NCBI GenBank assembly: GCA_963835065.1
Contig: CAWIEK010000035.1
Coordinates: 1-39,994, forward strand
Length of the DNA: 39,994 nucleotides
Origin: an uncultured Chthonomonadaceae bacterium
GTDB lineage: Bacteria; Armatimonadota; Chthonomonadetes; Chthonomonadales; Chthonomonadaceae
Reading direction: 5' to 3'
In this document: positions 19,289 to 28,543 of the stretch, in pieces
Numbering within the stretch: position 1 is the stretch's first letter
Layout of the letters: every line of letters starts with the position of its first letter
Notes under the pieces: generated by a model
The model's input: the letters and a program-made list of their open reading frames with translations, nothing else
Databases searched by the model: none
What the model was told of the DNA's origin: nothing
Made by a program: the position numbers and the translations under genes

Positions 19289-22200
19289 ATGACGTTTGTT
19301 GTGCGCGAGTTCGATTGGGAAGATGGGGAGCAGGCGGGAAAAGCCGCCGTGATGTTCAACGATTGGGACAGCGTATGGCCGGGCGGCTTTACGCGGGGCG
19401 TTCCGTCTACCGCCGCCAAAGTGCAGGAGGAGCATCGGCTCTCCGCAACGCTGGCCGTGCTTGTCGTCGAGCATGAGGGCGAGTTTGTCGGCTACTGCAA
19501 TCTGGAAGCCGCGCCGGGGCAGAAGGAAGTTGCTTACATCGGGCTGTTGGGCGCGAATGAAAAGGTACACGGCAAGGGCGTCGGCAAAATGCTGTTGCGC
19601 GAAATGATCCGGCGCATTGCCGCAGCCGGGTACAAGCAGGTGACGCTTGGCACATGGGCGGGCAACACCAAAGCCGTTCCTCTGTACAAGAAAACAGGCT
19701 TCCATTGGATACCCGAAACCAACGTGTTCATGCGCAACTTCATCCCCGGCCTGCTGAACATGCCGATTGTACAAACGTTTCTGGACGGCAAGGACTGGTA
19801 CGACTGCCTGGAACGCGAACTTGTGGTCGCGCCCGATGACATTACGTGGAACGGCATGAAAGTGTATCCGTACCGCTTCCGCAACGGCGAGCGTCTATTG
19901 GACCTCTGGTTCGACCGGGAAGGGGAAGGGCTGACGGCAATAGAAACCCCGGATGTGGCGCTGTCCTGCTTATTTCCGTTTGAGGACGCGCCTGCCGGAC
20001 AAGCATATCCGGTAACGTGGGAAGCGCGAGCGAAAAACGGCGCAATGCTGGATGCCGTGCTGCTGGCGGAGAGTGAAACCGGGCTGGCGTTGAGCGTTCA
20101 GGAACAACTGGCGGGTTCGGGAACCACGCGGATCGAGCGCGAACTGTCCATCGGCAGCGACGTGGCTCCGAAACGGGGCGATGTGTCCACCTATGCCGTG
20201 AAGACAACGTTTCTGGTGGAAGGCCAGCCGCTTGTTCTTTCAACCGGCGTTCACGTCGTCCGGCCTGTGGAGATTGATTACACGGGGCAGCGGCTTTTGC
20301 CCGGACGTGAGGAGAAGATTCGCGTTCAGGTTCGGAACCGATTGGATCGGGATTTGGACGGAACGCTGACATTGGCCGCGCATCCCGGCCTGGCCTGCGC
20401 CGCCCCCTCGCAACCGCTTCATCTGCCCGCCAAATCGTGGACGCAGTGTACATTTGCGGTCACGGCAGCAGTGCCGGGCGTGAAGCCGACAAGCCTGATC
20501 TGCGAAGCGGAAAATGTTCGGCTGGAACATCCGGTCACGTTTCGCGCTTTGTCGGGCAATGGGATTGTCGGCAGCGTTGACCCGCAAAGGGAATACGCGG
20601 TTCTGGAATCGCGGGAATTGCATGTCTCCGTACATTTGCGTGGCGGGAACGTAAGTGTTTATCATGCGCCGACGATGCAGCAGTTGCACAGCCTGGGGAT
20701 GCCCGAAGTGGGGCCGCCGTTCACGCATGGCTGGCTGCGCCCGCCGCTCGTGGATTGCCGCGTGGAAACCAGCCCAGACGGCGACAGCCTGATTGTAACG
20801 GGCAAAGCGCGCGCCCTGCCGCATTTGATCGTGGAACGCCGCATTACCCTGATGGGCACTACGGTGAAGTTGGATTGCAGCGTGACCAATACCCGGGCGG
20901 AGCTGGCCCCGGTTCAGGTGCGCCAGACGGCCCGCTCCACGCCGCAAGAGTACCTGATCGCGCCACTGGCTTCGGGGCTGATACGCGAACCGATGCAGAC
21001 CCTGAGCGAGTATCCGATTGAGGAGCATGACGTGCTGACGCAGGGCGCATCCCTGGCCGAAAACTGGATCGCCTGCGAGGGTGACGGCATGGTTTGCGGG
21101 CTTGTTTTCGAGGGCAGCCCGGAGCAGGACATGCGCTGGACACAGTTGGTTCACCTCACGTATGGCCTGGGCGAAATTCCCTCCTATGGCGTAAAAATCC
21201 TGCCGTCCGTGTATGCGGTGGGCGGCGCGGGAACGTGGAAAACGGTACGCGACTGCTGGCGAACGCTGGTGCAGCCATCGGGCGTGATCGAGGTTAAGCC
21301 GCCACAACCCGAACGAGTTCTGCAAGTCAGCATGATGCCCGCCCTGCTCACGCAGGATGCGCAAACGGTAACATTGACCGTCCGCAACAACCGGGAAGCC
21401 GGTTTGAGCGGAACCCTGCGGCTGACCGGCGACGCGCGGTGCGAACCGGATTCCATCGTATTGGATGCTGTCAACCGTGACCGCCCTTTCACAACTTCGG
21501 TTCGCGCGCAGTTGCCGAACATGACAGGCGCGGCGTTCGTGACTGCGCAAATAGAGGCCGTTCCCGTGCCGCAGGCGCGCAGCATCGGCATTGCGCGAAT
21601 AGGAACTGAAGGCAGCGTCCGCGTGACAAAACAGGAAACCGGGCAGATTGACGTGGACAACGGCTATTTGCGGTTTCAGGTTGTGCCCGCGTATCTCGGC
21701 GCAATGGTCAGCCTGGAACAGGGCGGCATCAATCATCTGTATTCCAGCTACCCGACGCCCCAGCCGCTGATGTGGGTAAACCCCTGGCATGGCGGCATCC
21801 ATCCCTTTATCGGCTGGATGGGCGACCCGCGCCTGGGACTGGAAACGTTTACGGGCGGCGATTGGACACTGGAAGCCAAGAACGGCCTGGCATGGCGGGG
21901 AACGCGGGTTGTCTGCGAACCCAAACACAAAGACCTGGCCTGGCTGCGCCTATCCGCCGAGTACCTGACGCTTCCCGGCAGCAACGTTGTAGCGCTGGTC
22001 ACGCATTGGACGAACAAAACCGCCGCGACGATGAGCCTGCCGGGGGAAGGCGGCATCGGCGCGTGGCTGCAAGTGGGCGGGGCGCGCGAACACGCCGTTG
22101 TTCACGCGGAATTCAGCGGCGAACGGCAGATACGGCAACGCGGCGGCTTCGGCATGGATATGTACGTGGGCGCGTGGAAGGCGGTGGAAAACAGGGCGAC

Positions 22201-22411
22201 GGGGCAGACGGTTCTCATGGCAGCGACAGGCAACGGCAAAGCGGCGGTAGAGGATTTCAGCAAGGAAGGGGCGCACCTGAGCGCGCAATTCCCCATCACG
22301 CTCCAGCCTCACGAAACAAAGGAGCAGTTGGCCTGGCTCGTCCTCAGTCCCAATACGTCGGAAATCAACGCTTACGTCGCCGCGCTGTCCGGGCATCCAA
22401 GTTTGCTATAA
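19289..22411 (+). CDS. Large multidomain GNAT-family N-acetyltransferase (1040 aa)
   Basis: N-terminal GNAT (HGKGVGKMLL, TWAGNTKAVPLYKKTGF) followed by beta-rich domains. GGAGG SD; intact frame. Confidence 0.85.
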   Translation: MTFVVREFDWEDGEQAGKAAVMFNDWDSVWPGGFTRGVPSTAAKVQEEHRLSATLAVLVVEHEGEFVGYCNLEAAPGQKEVAYIGLLGANEKVHGKGVGKMLLREMIRRIAAAGYKQVTLGTWAGNTKAVPLYKKTGFHWIPETNVFMRNFIPGLLNMPIVQTFLDGKDWYDCLERELVVAPDDITWNGMKVYPYRFRNGERLLDLWFDREGEGLTAIETPDVALSCLFPFEDAPAGQAYPVTWEARAKNGAMLDAVLLAESETGLALSVQEQLAGSGTTRIERELSIGSDVAPKRGDVSTYAVKTTFLVEGQPLVLSTGVHVVRPVEIDYTGQRLLPGREEKIRVQVRNRLDRDLDGTLTLAAHPGLACAAPSQPLHLPAKSWTQCTFAVTAAVPGVKPTSLICEAENVRLEHPVTFRALSGNGIVGSVDPQREYAVLESRELHVSVHLRGGNVSVYHAPTMQQLHSLGMPEVGPPFTHGWLRPPLVDCRVETSPDGDSLIVTGKARALPHLIVERRITLMGTTVKLDCSVTNTRAELAPVQVRQTARSTPQEYLIAPLASGLIREPMQTLSEYPIEEHDVLTQGASLAENWIACEGDGMVCGLVFEGSPEQDMRWTQLVHLTYGLGEIPSYGVKILPSVYAVGGAGTWKTVRDCWRTLVQPSGVIEVKPPQPERVLQVSMMPALLTQDAQTVTLTVRNNREAGLSGTLRLTGDARCEPDSIVLDAVNRDRPFTTSVRAQLPNMTGAAFVTAQIEAVPVPQARSIGIARIGTEGSVRVTKQETGQIDVDNGYLRFQVVPAYLGAMVSLEQGGINHLYSSYPTPQPLMWVNPWHGGIHPFIGWMGDPRLGLETFTGGDWTLEAKNGLAWRGTRVVCEPKHKDLAWLRLSAEYLTLPGSNVVALVTHWTNKTAATMSLPGEGGIGAWLQVGGAREHAVVHAEFSGERQIRQRGGFGMDMYVGAWKAVENRATGQTVLMAATGNGKAAVEDFSKEGAHLSAQFPITLQPHETKEQLAWLVLSPNTSEINAYVAALSGHPSLL

Positions 22412-22421
22412 CGGAGCCTTG

Positions 22422-22465
22422 ACCCTCATCCGTCGGGGGCCACCTTCTCCCTGCAAGGGAGAAGG
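22422..22465. repeat. REP-like palindrome
   Basis: ACCCTCATCCG...CCACCTTCTCCCTGCAAGGGAGAAGG, near-identical to 31644-31696. Confidence 0.85.
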
Positions 22466-22533
22466 AAGCGAGTATGGAAGTTTTTCCTGTTGGCAGGAAT
22501 ATGGTGTTTGAATTCGAGTTGATGGAGGCCGAT

Positions 22534-23436
22534 ATGCCGTTAGCCGCTTTTCCCAAGTGTTTTCTGGATGCCCTCAGCGTGGAACACAGCATGAGCGCGG
22601 AGGAATGGATTGATCTGGCCGCGAGCCGGTTGGACATTGACGGGCTGGAGTTTTATTGGGGCTTTACGCCTGCCGGGGATGCCGCGCATCTGGCGCAATT
22701 GCGCAGGCGCGTGGAGGGACACGGCCTGCAAATCCCCATGATGTGTTACTCGCCCGACTTTACCAAGCCGGAGGCCGCAGAGCGTCAACAGGAAATCGAG
22801 CGGCAGAAACAGGCTATTGCAGTGACGGCGGCATTGGGAGGCCGATATTGCCGCGTTCTGTCGGGGCAGCGTAGGCCGGATGTATCGGTTGCGGACGGCG
22901 TTCAGTATGCGGCGGAGTGCATCACGGCCTGCCTGCCACACGCGGAACAACACAACATCGTCCTCATCCTCGAAAACCACTATAAGGACGGCTACTGGCA
23001 ATACCCCGAACTGGCGCAAAAGCGGGACGTGTTTCTGCAACTGCTCCATGCCATTCCCCACTCACCTCACTTCGGCGTCAACTACGACCCTTCCAACGCC
23101 ATCATTGCCGGCGATGATCCGATTGCCTTGCTGGAAGACGTAAAAACGCGCGTCGTCACTATGCATGCCAGCGACCGCTATCTGGAAGGCGCGATGCTCG
23201 ACGACCTGCACAAACTGGAAGCGCACCCGACACAGGGCTACGCTTCCATCCTCAAACACGGCGTTATCGGGCAGGGATTCAATGACTACGACCAGATTTT
23301 TACTATTCTCAAAAACGCGGGCTTCAATGGCTGGATCAGCATCGAAGACGGACAGGACTCGACGGTTGGCATGGAACACCTCAAGCAATCCGCCGACTTT
23401 TTGCGAACCAAAATGGCGCAGCATGGCTTGTCGTAA
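22534..23436 (+). CDS. Sugar phosphate isomerase/epimerase (xylose isomerase-like TIM barrel)
   Basis: LENHYK, VNYDPSN, MHASDR and WISIEDG motifs. GGAGG SD before 22534. Confidence 0.85.
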   Translation: MPLAAFPKCFLDALSVEHSMSAEEWIDLAASRLDIDGLEFYWGFTPAGDAAHLAQLRRRVEGHGLQIPMMCYSPDFTKPEAAERQQEIERQKQAIAVTAALGGRYCRVLSGQRRPDVSVADGVQYAAECITACLPHAEQHNIVLILENHYKDGYWQYPELAQKRDVFLQLLHAIPHSPHFGVNYDPSNAIIAGDDPIALLEDVKTRVVTMHASDRYLEGAMLDDLHKLEAHPTQGYASILKHGVIGQGFNDYDQIFTILKNAGFNGWISIEDGQDSTVGMEHLKQSADFLRTKMAQHGLS

Positions 23437-23457
23437 ACCGGGCCGCGCCCTCCCTGC

Positions 23458-23568
23458 GGTACAATGCTTGTGAAAAGGAGCCAATCTCTATGTCGAACAT
23501 CAAGCGTTGGGCGTTAAGCATTAAGGGGAGAAGGGTACAATGCTTGTGAAAAGGAGCCAATCTCTATG
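23458..23568 (+). repeat. Exact 35-bp direct repeat containing a -10 box, SD and ATG
   Basis: GGTACAATGCTTGTGAAAAGGAGCCAATCTCTATG at 23458-23492 and 23534-23568. Confidence 0.95.
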
Positions 23569-24245
23569 GCTGCGGAAACCATACCGTTTGTGCCTGCGCG
23601 TTCGCTGTTTGCTCCTCCCTATCTTCCGCCGGGAGGGATCGTGATGTCGGTGGAAAAATATCTGGAATGGGAGCGCGAATTCGGAAATCCGTTACGAGTA
23701 TGTAGATTTCTACGCCATCCCCAAAGAAGGCGTGGAGATACTCGAAAACGGCGAAATACGCGCTATGTCGGGCGTGTCTCCTCCTCATAATCGCATTTCT
23801 GCCAACGTACTTCACAAAAATTGATAGTGCGATTGGCGAACGTCCCTGCGAAGTGTACATTTCTGATTATTCGGGTGTGCGTGTCAAACTGCGAAATATC
23901 GTTATCCCGACGTTGTTGCGCTGTGCGGAGAGGCGCGTTTCACCGATACGGAATCCCCCTTGCCTGCTCAACCCCTCCGTTCTGGTGGAAGTATTGTCGC
24001 CCTCCACCCAAAACGTTGACAAAGGGGAAAAGTTCGACGAGTACAAGCAGATCGCCACCGTTACGGACTATGTTCTCGTTGCGCAGGACCGCATGTTTGT
24101 CACGCACTACGTTCGTCAGAGCGCATCCCATTGGACAGTCACAGACTATGAACAGCCAACGGATGTACTGACCTTTGCAACGCTTGATGTTTCCATTTCT
24201 CTTGCGGAGATATACCGCAAAATCGTATTTCCCACATCCGAATAA
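23566..24245 (+). CDS. Uma2 family endonuclease (frameshifted)
   Basis: MSVEKYLEWE..., GEIRAMSG.S..HNRI (alternate frame), LLNPSVLVEVLSPST..DKGEKFDEYK and DYVLVAQD. Confidence 0.8.
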
Positions 24246-24304
24246 TCCCAGCGCGGCCTGAATTGGCCGCGCTTACCGCCGTCCCACTTTCGACAGGAAC
24301 GCTT

Positions 24305-25021
24305 ATGAAAACCATTGTGCAAATTTCGCTTGATTTGACCAACATCCCCGAAGCATTGGAAACCGCGCGTATGGCGCTGCGAGCGGGCGTGGACTGGCTG
24401 GAAGCGGGGACGCCGCTCATTATTGCCGAAGGCATGCACGGAATTCGCGCCCTGCGTTCCGAGTTCGGCCCGGATGTGCCCATTGTGGCCGATCTGAAAA
24501 CGATGGACGGGGGCTGGCTGGAAGCGCAGTTGATGGCCGAAGCGGGCGCGACCCACGTTGTCGTGATGGAGCGCGCCCACGAAGAAACGATCAAAGTCGT
24601 GGTGAAAGCGGGGCGCGACTTCGGCGTTCAAATCATGGGCGACAATCTGGCCGCGCCCGACATGGTGGCGTCCGCGAAACGTTTGGAAAACCTGGGCTGC
24701 GATTTCGTCATTCACCATATCGGCTTTGATGAGCGACGGGGGATTGCCGCAATGGGCAAACCCATGCCAAGCCCACTCGACCAACTGCAAGCAATCGTGC
24801 AGGCCGTTTCGGTTCCCGTGCAGGCAGTTGGTGGCCTGACGGTAGAACAGGCCATGCGAACGCCGGAATATGGCGCTCCGCTTGTCGTTTTGGGCGCTCC
24901 GCTGACCATTGACGCCGAAGCCTTCAAAACCGCGACGGGGAACTTGGAAAGCAAGCTGCGCCTCATCTGCGAAAAAGTTCATGCTTACGGCGATGTCGGC
25001 CCCGCCGCGAAAACGATTTAG
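24305..25021 (+). CDS. 3-hexulose-6-phosphate synthase / OMP decarboxylase (HUMPS) family protein
   Basis: VQISLD, VDWLEAGTPLI, IVADLKTMDGG, HHIGFD and QAVGGL motifs. Confidence 0.85.
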   Translation: MKTIVQISLDLTNIPEALETARMALRAGVDWLEAGTPLIIAEGMHGIRALRSEFGPDVPIVADLKTMDGGWLEAQLMAEAGATHVVVMERAHEETIKVVVKAGRDFGVQIMGDNLAAPDMVASAKRLENLGCDFVIHHIGFDERRGIAAMGKPMPSPLDQLQAIVQAVSVPVQAVGGLTVEQAMRTPEYGAPLVVLGAPLTIDAEAFKTATGNLESKLRLICEKVHAYGDVGPAAKTI

Positions 25022-25032
25022 CGCGAAGAATC

Positions 25033-25072
25033 TCCACCACAGAGGCACAGAGACACAGAGGGGTCACAGAGA
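25033..25072. repeat. CACAGAG-type short repeat cluster
   Basis: ccaccacagaggcacagagacacagaggggtcacagaga, upstream of the AAA ATPase. A related degenerate tract lies at about 26327-26380. Confidence 0.6.
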
Positions 25073-25110
25073 AAAGAAAAGAAGCAGAAAAGAAGAAAAG
25101 AGAAAGACTG

Positions 25111-26325
25111 ATGGCGGATTTATCGAAAGGCAATAGCCCGTTTTATCCGGGGCATCCTGTGCCGCCGGAATTCTTTGTCGGCAGGCAGGCGCAGATTGAG
25201 CGCATTTTGCAGCGCGGCGTCGGGCAGGTGGCGGCAGGCAAACCCGTCTCGATGTTCATTCAGGGCGAGTACGGCATCGGCAAAAGTTCCATTGCCAATA
25301 TCGTGCAACGCATTGCGGCAAAACAGCATAACCTGTACCCTATCTATGTCACGCTGGGCGGGGCGCATACGGTGCAGGAAATGGCGGCTTCCATTCTGGA
25401 AGCGACCGTGCGCTCCGAAGGCTACGAAACCACTAATACGGAAAAGGTACGCGGTTGGCTGGCAAAATACATCGGCAAGCAAAGCTTGTTCGGAGTATCG
25501 CTGGACCTGAAAGCCTTGCAGCAGGACGCGCCCAATCTGGCGACTCCCCTTGCCCTGCTGGACTTTTTGGCGCAGTTGATCGAACGCTTGAAAGACACGG
25601 GCATCAAGGGCGTTTTTTTGGTATTGGATGAAATCAACGGCATTGTCGCCGACCCGCAGTTCGCGCCGTTCATCAAGGGGTTGGTGGACGCCAATATGCT
25701 GGCGCGAAGCCCCGTACCCCTGCTGCTGATGCTGTGCGGCGTGGAGCAGCGGCGACGCGACATGATCCAAAAGCATCCGCCCGTAGATCGCATTTTCGAC
25801 ATTCTTGATATTGAGCCGATGAGCAAGCCGGAAATGGAAGAGTTCTTTCAATCCGCGTTTGCTGCCGTAGATGTAACGCTGACGCCGGAAGCGCGAGATT
25901 TGTTTACGTTTGTTTCGGCGGGCTTTCCCAAAATCATGCACGTTGTCGGGGATGCGGGGTTTTGGACCAATCAGGACGCCACGCTGGATTTACAGGACGC
26001 GCAGCAGGCGGTTACATTGGCGGCGGATGAGGTCGGCAAGAAGTTTGTGGAAGCGCAGGTATACGCGGCGTTGCGCAGCAGCGATTACCGAACTCTGCTC
26101 GGCAAAATCGCCACTGCGGGCAATGTGTTCACCCGCGCCGCCGTTGCCGCCAACTTAGCCGCCAGTGAAAAGAAGAAATTGGACAACTTTCTGCGCAAGA
26201 TGGTCAGCCTGAATGTGATCCGGCGCGGCAAATCATCGGGCGAGTACGTGTTCAACGTCCGCATGGTGCAGTTATATATTCTCCTGCAAAGCCTCAAAGA
26301 TCAATCCGGGAGTGCAGACAAATAG
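25111..26325 (+). CDS. AAA_16/STAND-like ATP-binding protein with probable C-terminal winged helix
   Basis: SPFYPG..V.PEFFVGR, Walker A GEYGIGKSS, Walker B VFLVLDEIN, and SAGFPKIMH. Confidence 0.85.
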   Translation: MADLSKGNSPFYPGHPVPPEFFVGRQAQIERILQRGVGQVAAGKPVSMFIQGEYGIGKSSIANIVQRIAAKQHNLYPIYVTLGGAHTVQEMAASILEATVRSEGYETTNTEKVRGWLAKYIGKQSLFGVSLDLKALQQDAPNLATPLALLDFLAQLIERLKDTGIKGVFLVLDEINGIVADPQFAPFIKGLVDANMLARSPVPLLLMLCGVEQRRRDMIQKHPPVDRIFDILDIEPMSKPEMEEFFQSAFAAVDVTLTPEARDLFTFVSAGFPKIMHVVGDAGFWTNQDATLDLQDAQQAVTLAADEVGKKFVEAQVYAALRSSDYRTLLGKIATAGNVFTRAAVAANLAASEKKKLDNFLRKMVSLNVIRRGKSSGEYVFNVRMVQLYILLQSLKDQSGSADK

Positions 26326-26438
26326 CTGCAAATGAACGCAAATACCCGTGAGTAATCTCTACCACAAAGGCGCAGAGAAGAACTAATTGGGGTACAGTAA
26401 CAGCGGACGATAACTCTTTGCGAGGGGAAGGAAGCGGA

Positions 26439-27593
26439 ATGAAGATACATGAGTATCAGGCGAAGGAAGTGCTGGCGAAGTATGGCGTTGCTGTGCCAAA
26501 AAACGCCGGGGTTGCGACCACGCCGGAAGAAGTGAAGGCGAAAGTCACGCAGTTGGGCGGGCGTGGCGTGGTGAAGGCGCAAGTGCATACGGGCGGGCGG
26601 GGCAAGGCGGGCGGCATCAAGGTTGCCAATACCCCCGAAGAAGCCGAAACCATTGCGCAAACCATGCTGGGAATGCTGCTCAAAACGCACCAGAACCCGG
26701 ACGGCCTGACGGTTGAAAAAGTCTTGATTGAAGAACCTATCAAGATCGTGCAGGAGTATTATTTGGGCATTGTGCCCGACCGCGATACGCAGCGCGATGT
26801 GCTGATTGTCAGCGCAAAGGGCGGCATGGACATCGAAGCCGTTGCCGAAGAAGACCCGGACGCGATTGCCCGCCTGCCCGTGGACCCGCTTGGCGGCCTG
26901 CGCGACTACCAACTGCGGCAGGTTTGTTATGACGCCAAACTCGATCCGGCTGTTATCAACAAGGCCGTCGTGTTTTTGCGCCAATTGTACAATGCTTATC
27001 TTGGCTCCGATGGCTCCCTTGCCGAAATTAACCCGCTGGCCGTCACGGAAGATGGGCGCGTACTCGCGGCAGACGCAAAATTCCAGATAGACGACAGCGC
27101 CATGTTCCGGCATCCCGAATTTGCCGGGTATGTCGAGGGCAGCGAAGAAGACGCCATTGAAGCCGAAGCGCACAAGGAAGACATCGCGTATGTGCGGCTG
27201 GGCGGCGACGTGGGCATCATCTGCAACGGCGCGGGCCTGACCATGACCACGATGGACGAAGTAAAGCGGGCGGGCGGCAACCCGGCAAACTTTCTGGATG
27301 TGGGCGGCGGGGCACAGGCGGACCGGGTACGTACCTGTCTTGGTATCGTCCTGTCCGACCCCAACGTAAAAGGCATCTTAATCAACATCTTCGGCGGCAT
27401 CACGCGCTGCGACGAGGTTGCCAAAGGCGTCATTTCCGCCACCGAGTCCATGGACATCAAGGTTCCCATTGTGGTTCGGCTGGCCGGCACACGAGCGGAA
27501 GAAGGCGCGGCTATTCTGTCCCAATCCAGCCTCATCCCCGCCGGCACCATGCAGGAAGCGGCGGCCAAGATCGTGGAGTTGGTTGGCAAGTAG
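26439..27593 (+). CDS. sucC: Succinyl-CoA ligase beta subunit
   Basis: MKIHEYQAK, VVKAQVHTGGRGKAGG, EINPL, NGAGL, PANFLDVGGG and NIFGGITRCD motifs. Confidence 0.97.
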   Translation: MKIHEYQAKEVLAKYGVAVPKNAGVATTPEEVKAKVTQLGGRGVVKAQVHTGGRGKAGGIKVANTPEEAETIAQTMLGMLLKTHQNPDGLTVEKVLIEEPIKIVQEYYLGIVPDRDTQRDVLIVSAKGGMDIEAVAEEDPDAIARLPVDPLGGLRDYQLRQVCYDAKLDPAVINKAVVFLRQLYNAYLGSDGSLAEINPLAVTEDGRVLAADAKFQIDDSAMFRHPEFAGYVEGSEEDAIEAEAHKEDIAYVRLGGDVGIICNGAGLTMTTMDEVKRAGGNPANFLDVGGGAQADRVRTCLGIVLSDPNVKGILINIFGGITRCDEVAKGVISATESMDIKVPIVVRLAGTRAEEGAAILSQSSLIPAGTMQEAAAKIVELVGK

Positions 27594-27600
27594 GCATGAA

Positions 27601-27719
27601 TTCGGTATTCGGTATTCGGTGTTCGGTATTCGGGAGTAGGCTTGTCCTATGTTCTGTTTACTTGTAGCGTCACAACGGCCTGCATATCCGAACACCGAAC
27701 ACCGAGTACCGAATACCGA
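27601..27719. repeat. Inverted array of heptamers, (TTCGGTR)x4-5 ... (CCGAAYA)x4-5
   Basis: Arms at 27601-27633 and 27688-27719, intergenic after sucC. Confidence 0.9.
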
Positions 27720-27731
27720 CCCGGAGGCCAC

Positions 27732-28358
27732 ATGGACGAACTGGACCCCATACACAAAGTGGAACTCGCCATGCTGCGCGCCGAGCATCAGAAGAAGTTC
27801 CAAACGCTGATTACCTACCTCAAAGACAAAGTGGGCGAGGGGATCGAGTACCGTAATGCCGTAGCCCGCGTCGTAGTGTCGGAGCAGGGCGCGTACTATG
27901 AACTCAATGACCTGCCCGAAGAGTTTTCCGGGGCGGTGGGGCCGGATGTGGAACAGCGCTATGTCACGCCGGACGAGGCCGTTGCCCTGCTGACAAAGTC
28001 CGTGGAAGCCGTGAAACAGGCCAATGCCGACAATGCGCGGCATTGTTCGCTGCTCGCGCTGTATTCGCGGCGGGGTATTATTGACCGCAAGAACTGCTAC
28101 GTGTTCGAGTATCGCGGAGTGGGCGAGCAGGCGATGTCGGAACCGCTTATCATCGGGCAATTTCAGCCCGATGTGATGCCCCTGTTTTTCAAAATCAAAA
28201 TAGACGCGGATTTTAGCCCCGATGTTTTGGATATGCCGCGCGGCATCGTCTTCTGCATCGCCAACCCCGGCGACCGCCACCTGCTGATACGCCTGCCCTT
28301 CACCGGCGAACAAGTCACGAATTTTACGGATGCGGTTTCGGCGGAAACGGTTCAGTAA
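27732..28358 (+). CDS. Hypothetical protein
   Basis: GGAGG SD, then MDELDPIH. Codon usage resembles the core genes; no recognisable motif. Confidence 0.7.
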   Translation: MDELDPIHKVELAMLRAEHQKKFQTLITYLKDKVGEGIEYRNAVARVVVSEQGAYYELNDLPEEFSGAVGPDVEQRYVTPDEAVALLTKSVEAVKQANADNARHCSLLALYSRRGIIDRKNCYVFEYRGVGEQAMSEPLIIGQFQPDVMPLFFKIKIDADFSPDVLDMPRGIVFCIANPGDRHLLIRLPFTGEQVTNFTDAVSAETVQ

Positions 28359-28426
28359 GGCATCAGGCATCAGGCATTAGGGAAGAAGACAGAAGACAGA
28401 AGCCTAATATCTAATGCCTGATGCCT
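28358..28426. repeat. Inverted array of heptamers, (AGGCATC)x3 ... (CCTRATG)x3, with an internal AGAAGAC repeat
   Basis: Seen directly, between the hypothetical gene and the tetR promoter. Confidence 0.8.
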
Positions 28427-28442
28427 ACTCCCCAAATTGCCC

Positions 28443-28493
28443 TTGCTTTTTGGCGGGCTACAGGATATAATAAGTTAGGACGAAACCGTACTA
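28443..28493 (+). promoter_or_regulatory. sigma70 promoter plus palindromic operator of tetR
   Basis: TTGCTT-N17-TATAAT (28443-28471), then TAGGACG-AAAC-CGTACTA (28476-28493) over the predicted +1. Confidence 0.7.
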
Positions 28494-28543
28494 GCCTGTC
28501 ACCAACGTTTGCGGCTATGACGGCGAAAAGGATGTGGAATCGC

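Noticed and set aside
24305..25021. HPS-family gene as evidence of RuMP methylotrophy
   Set aside because: No phi/hxlB in the window, and the context points to sugar catabolism.
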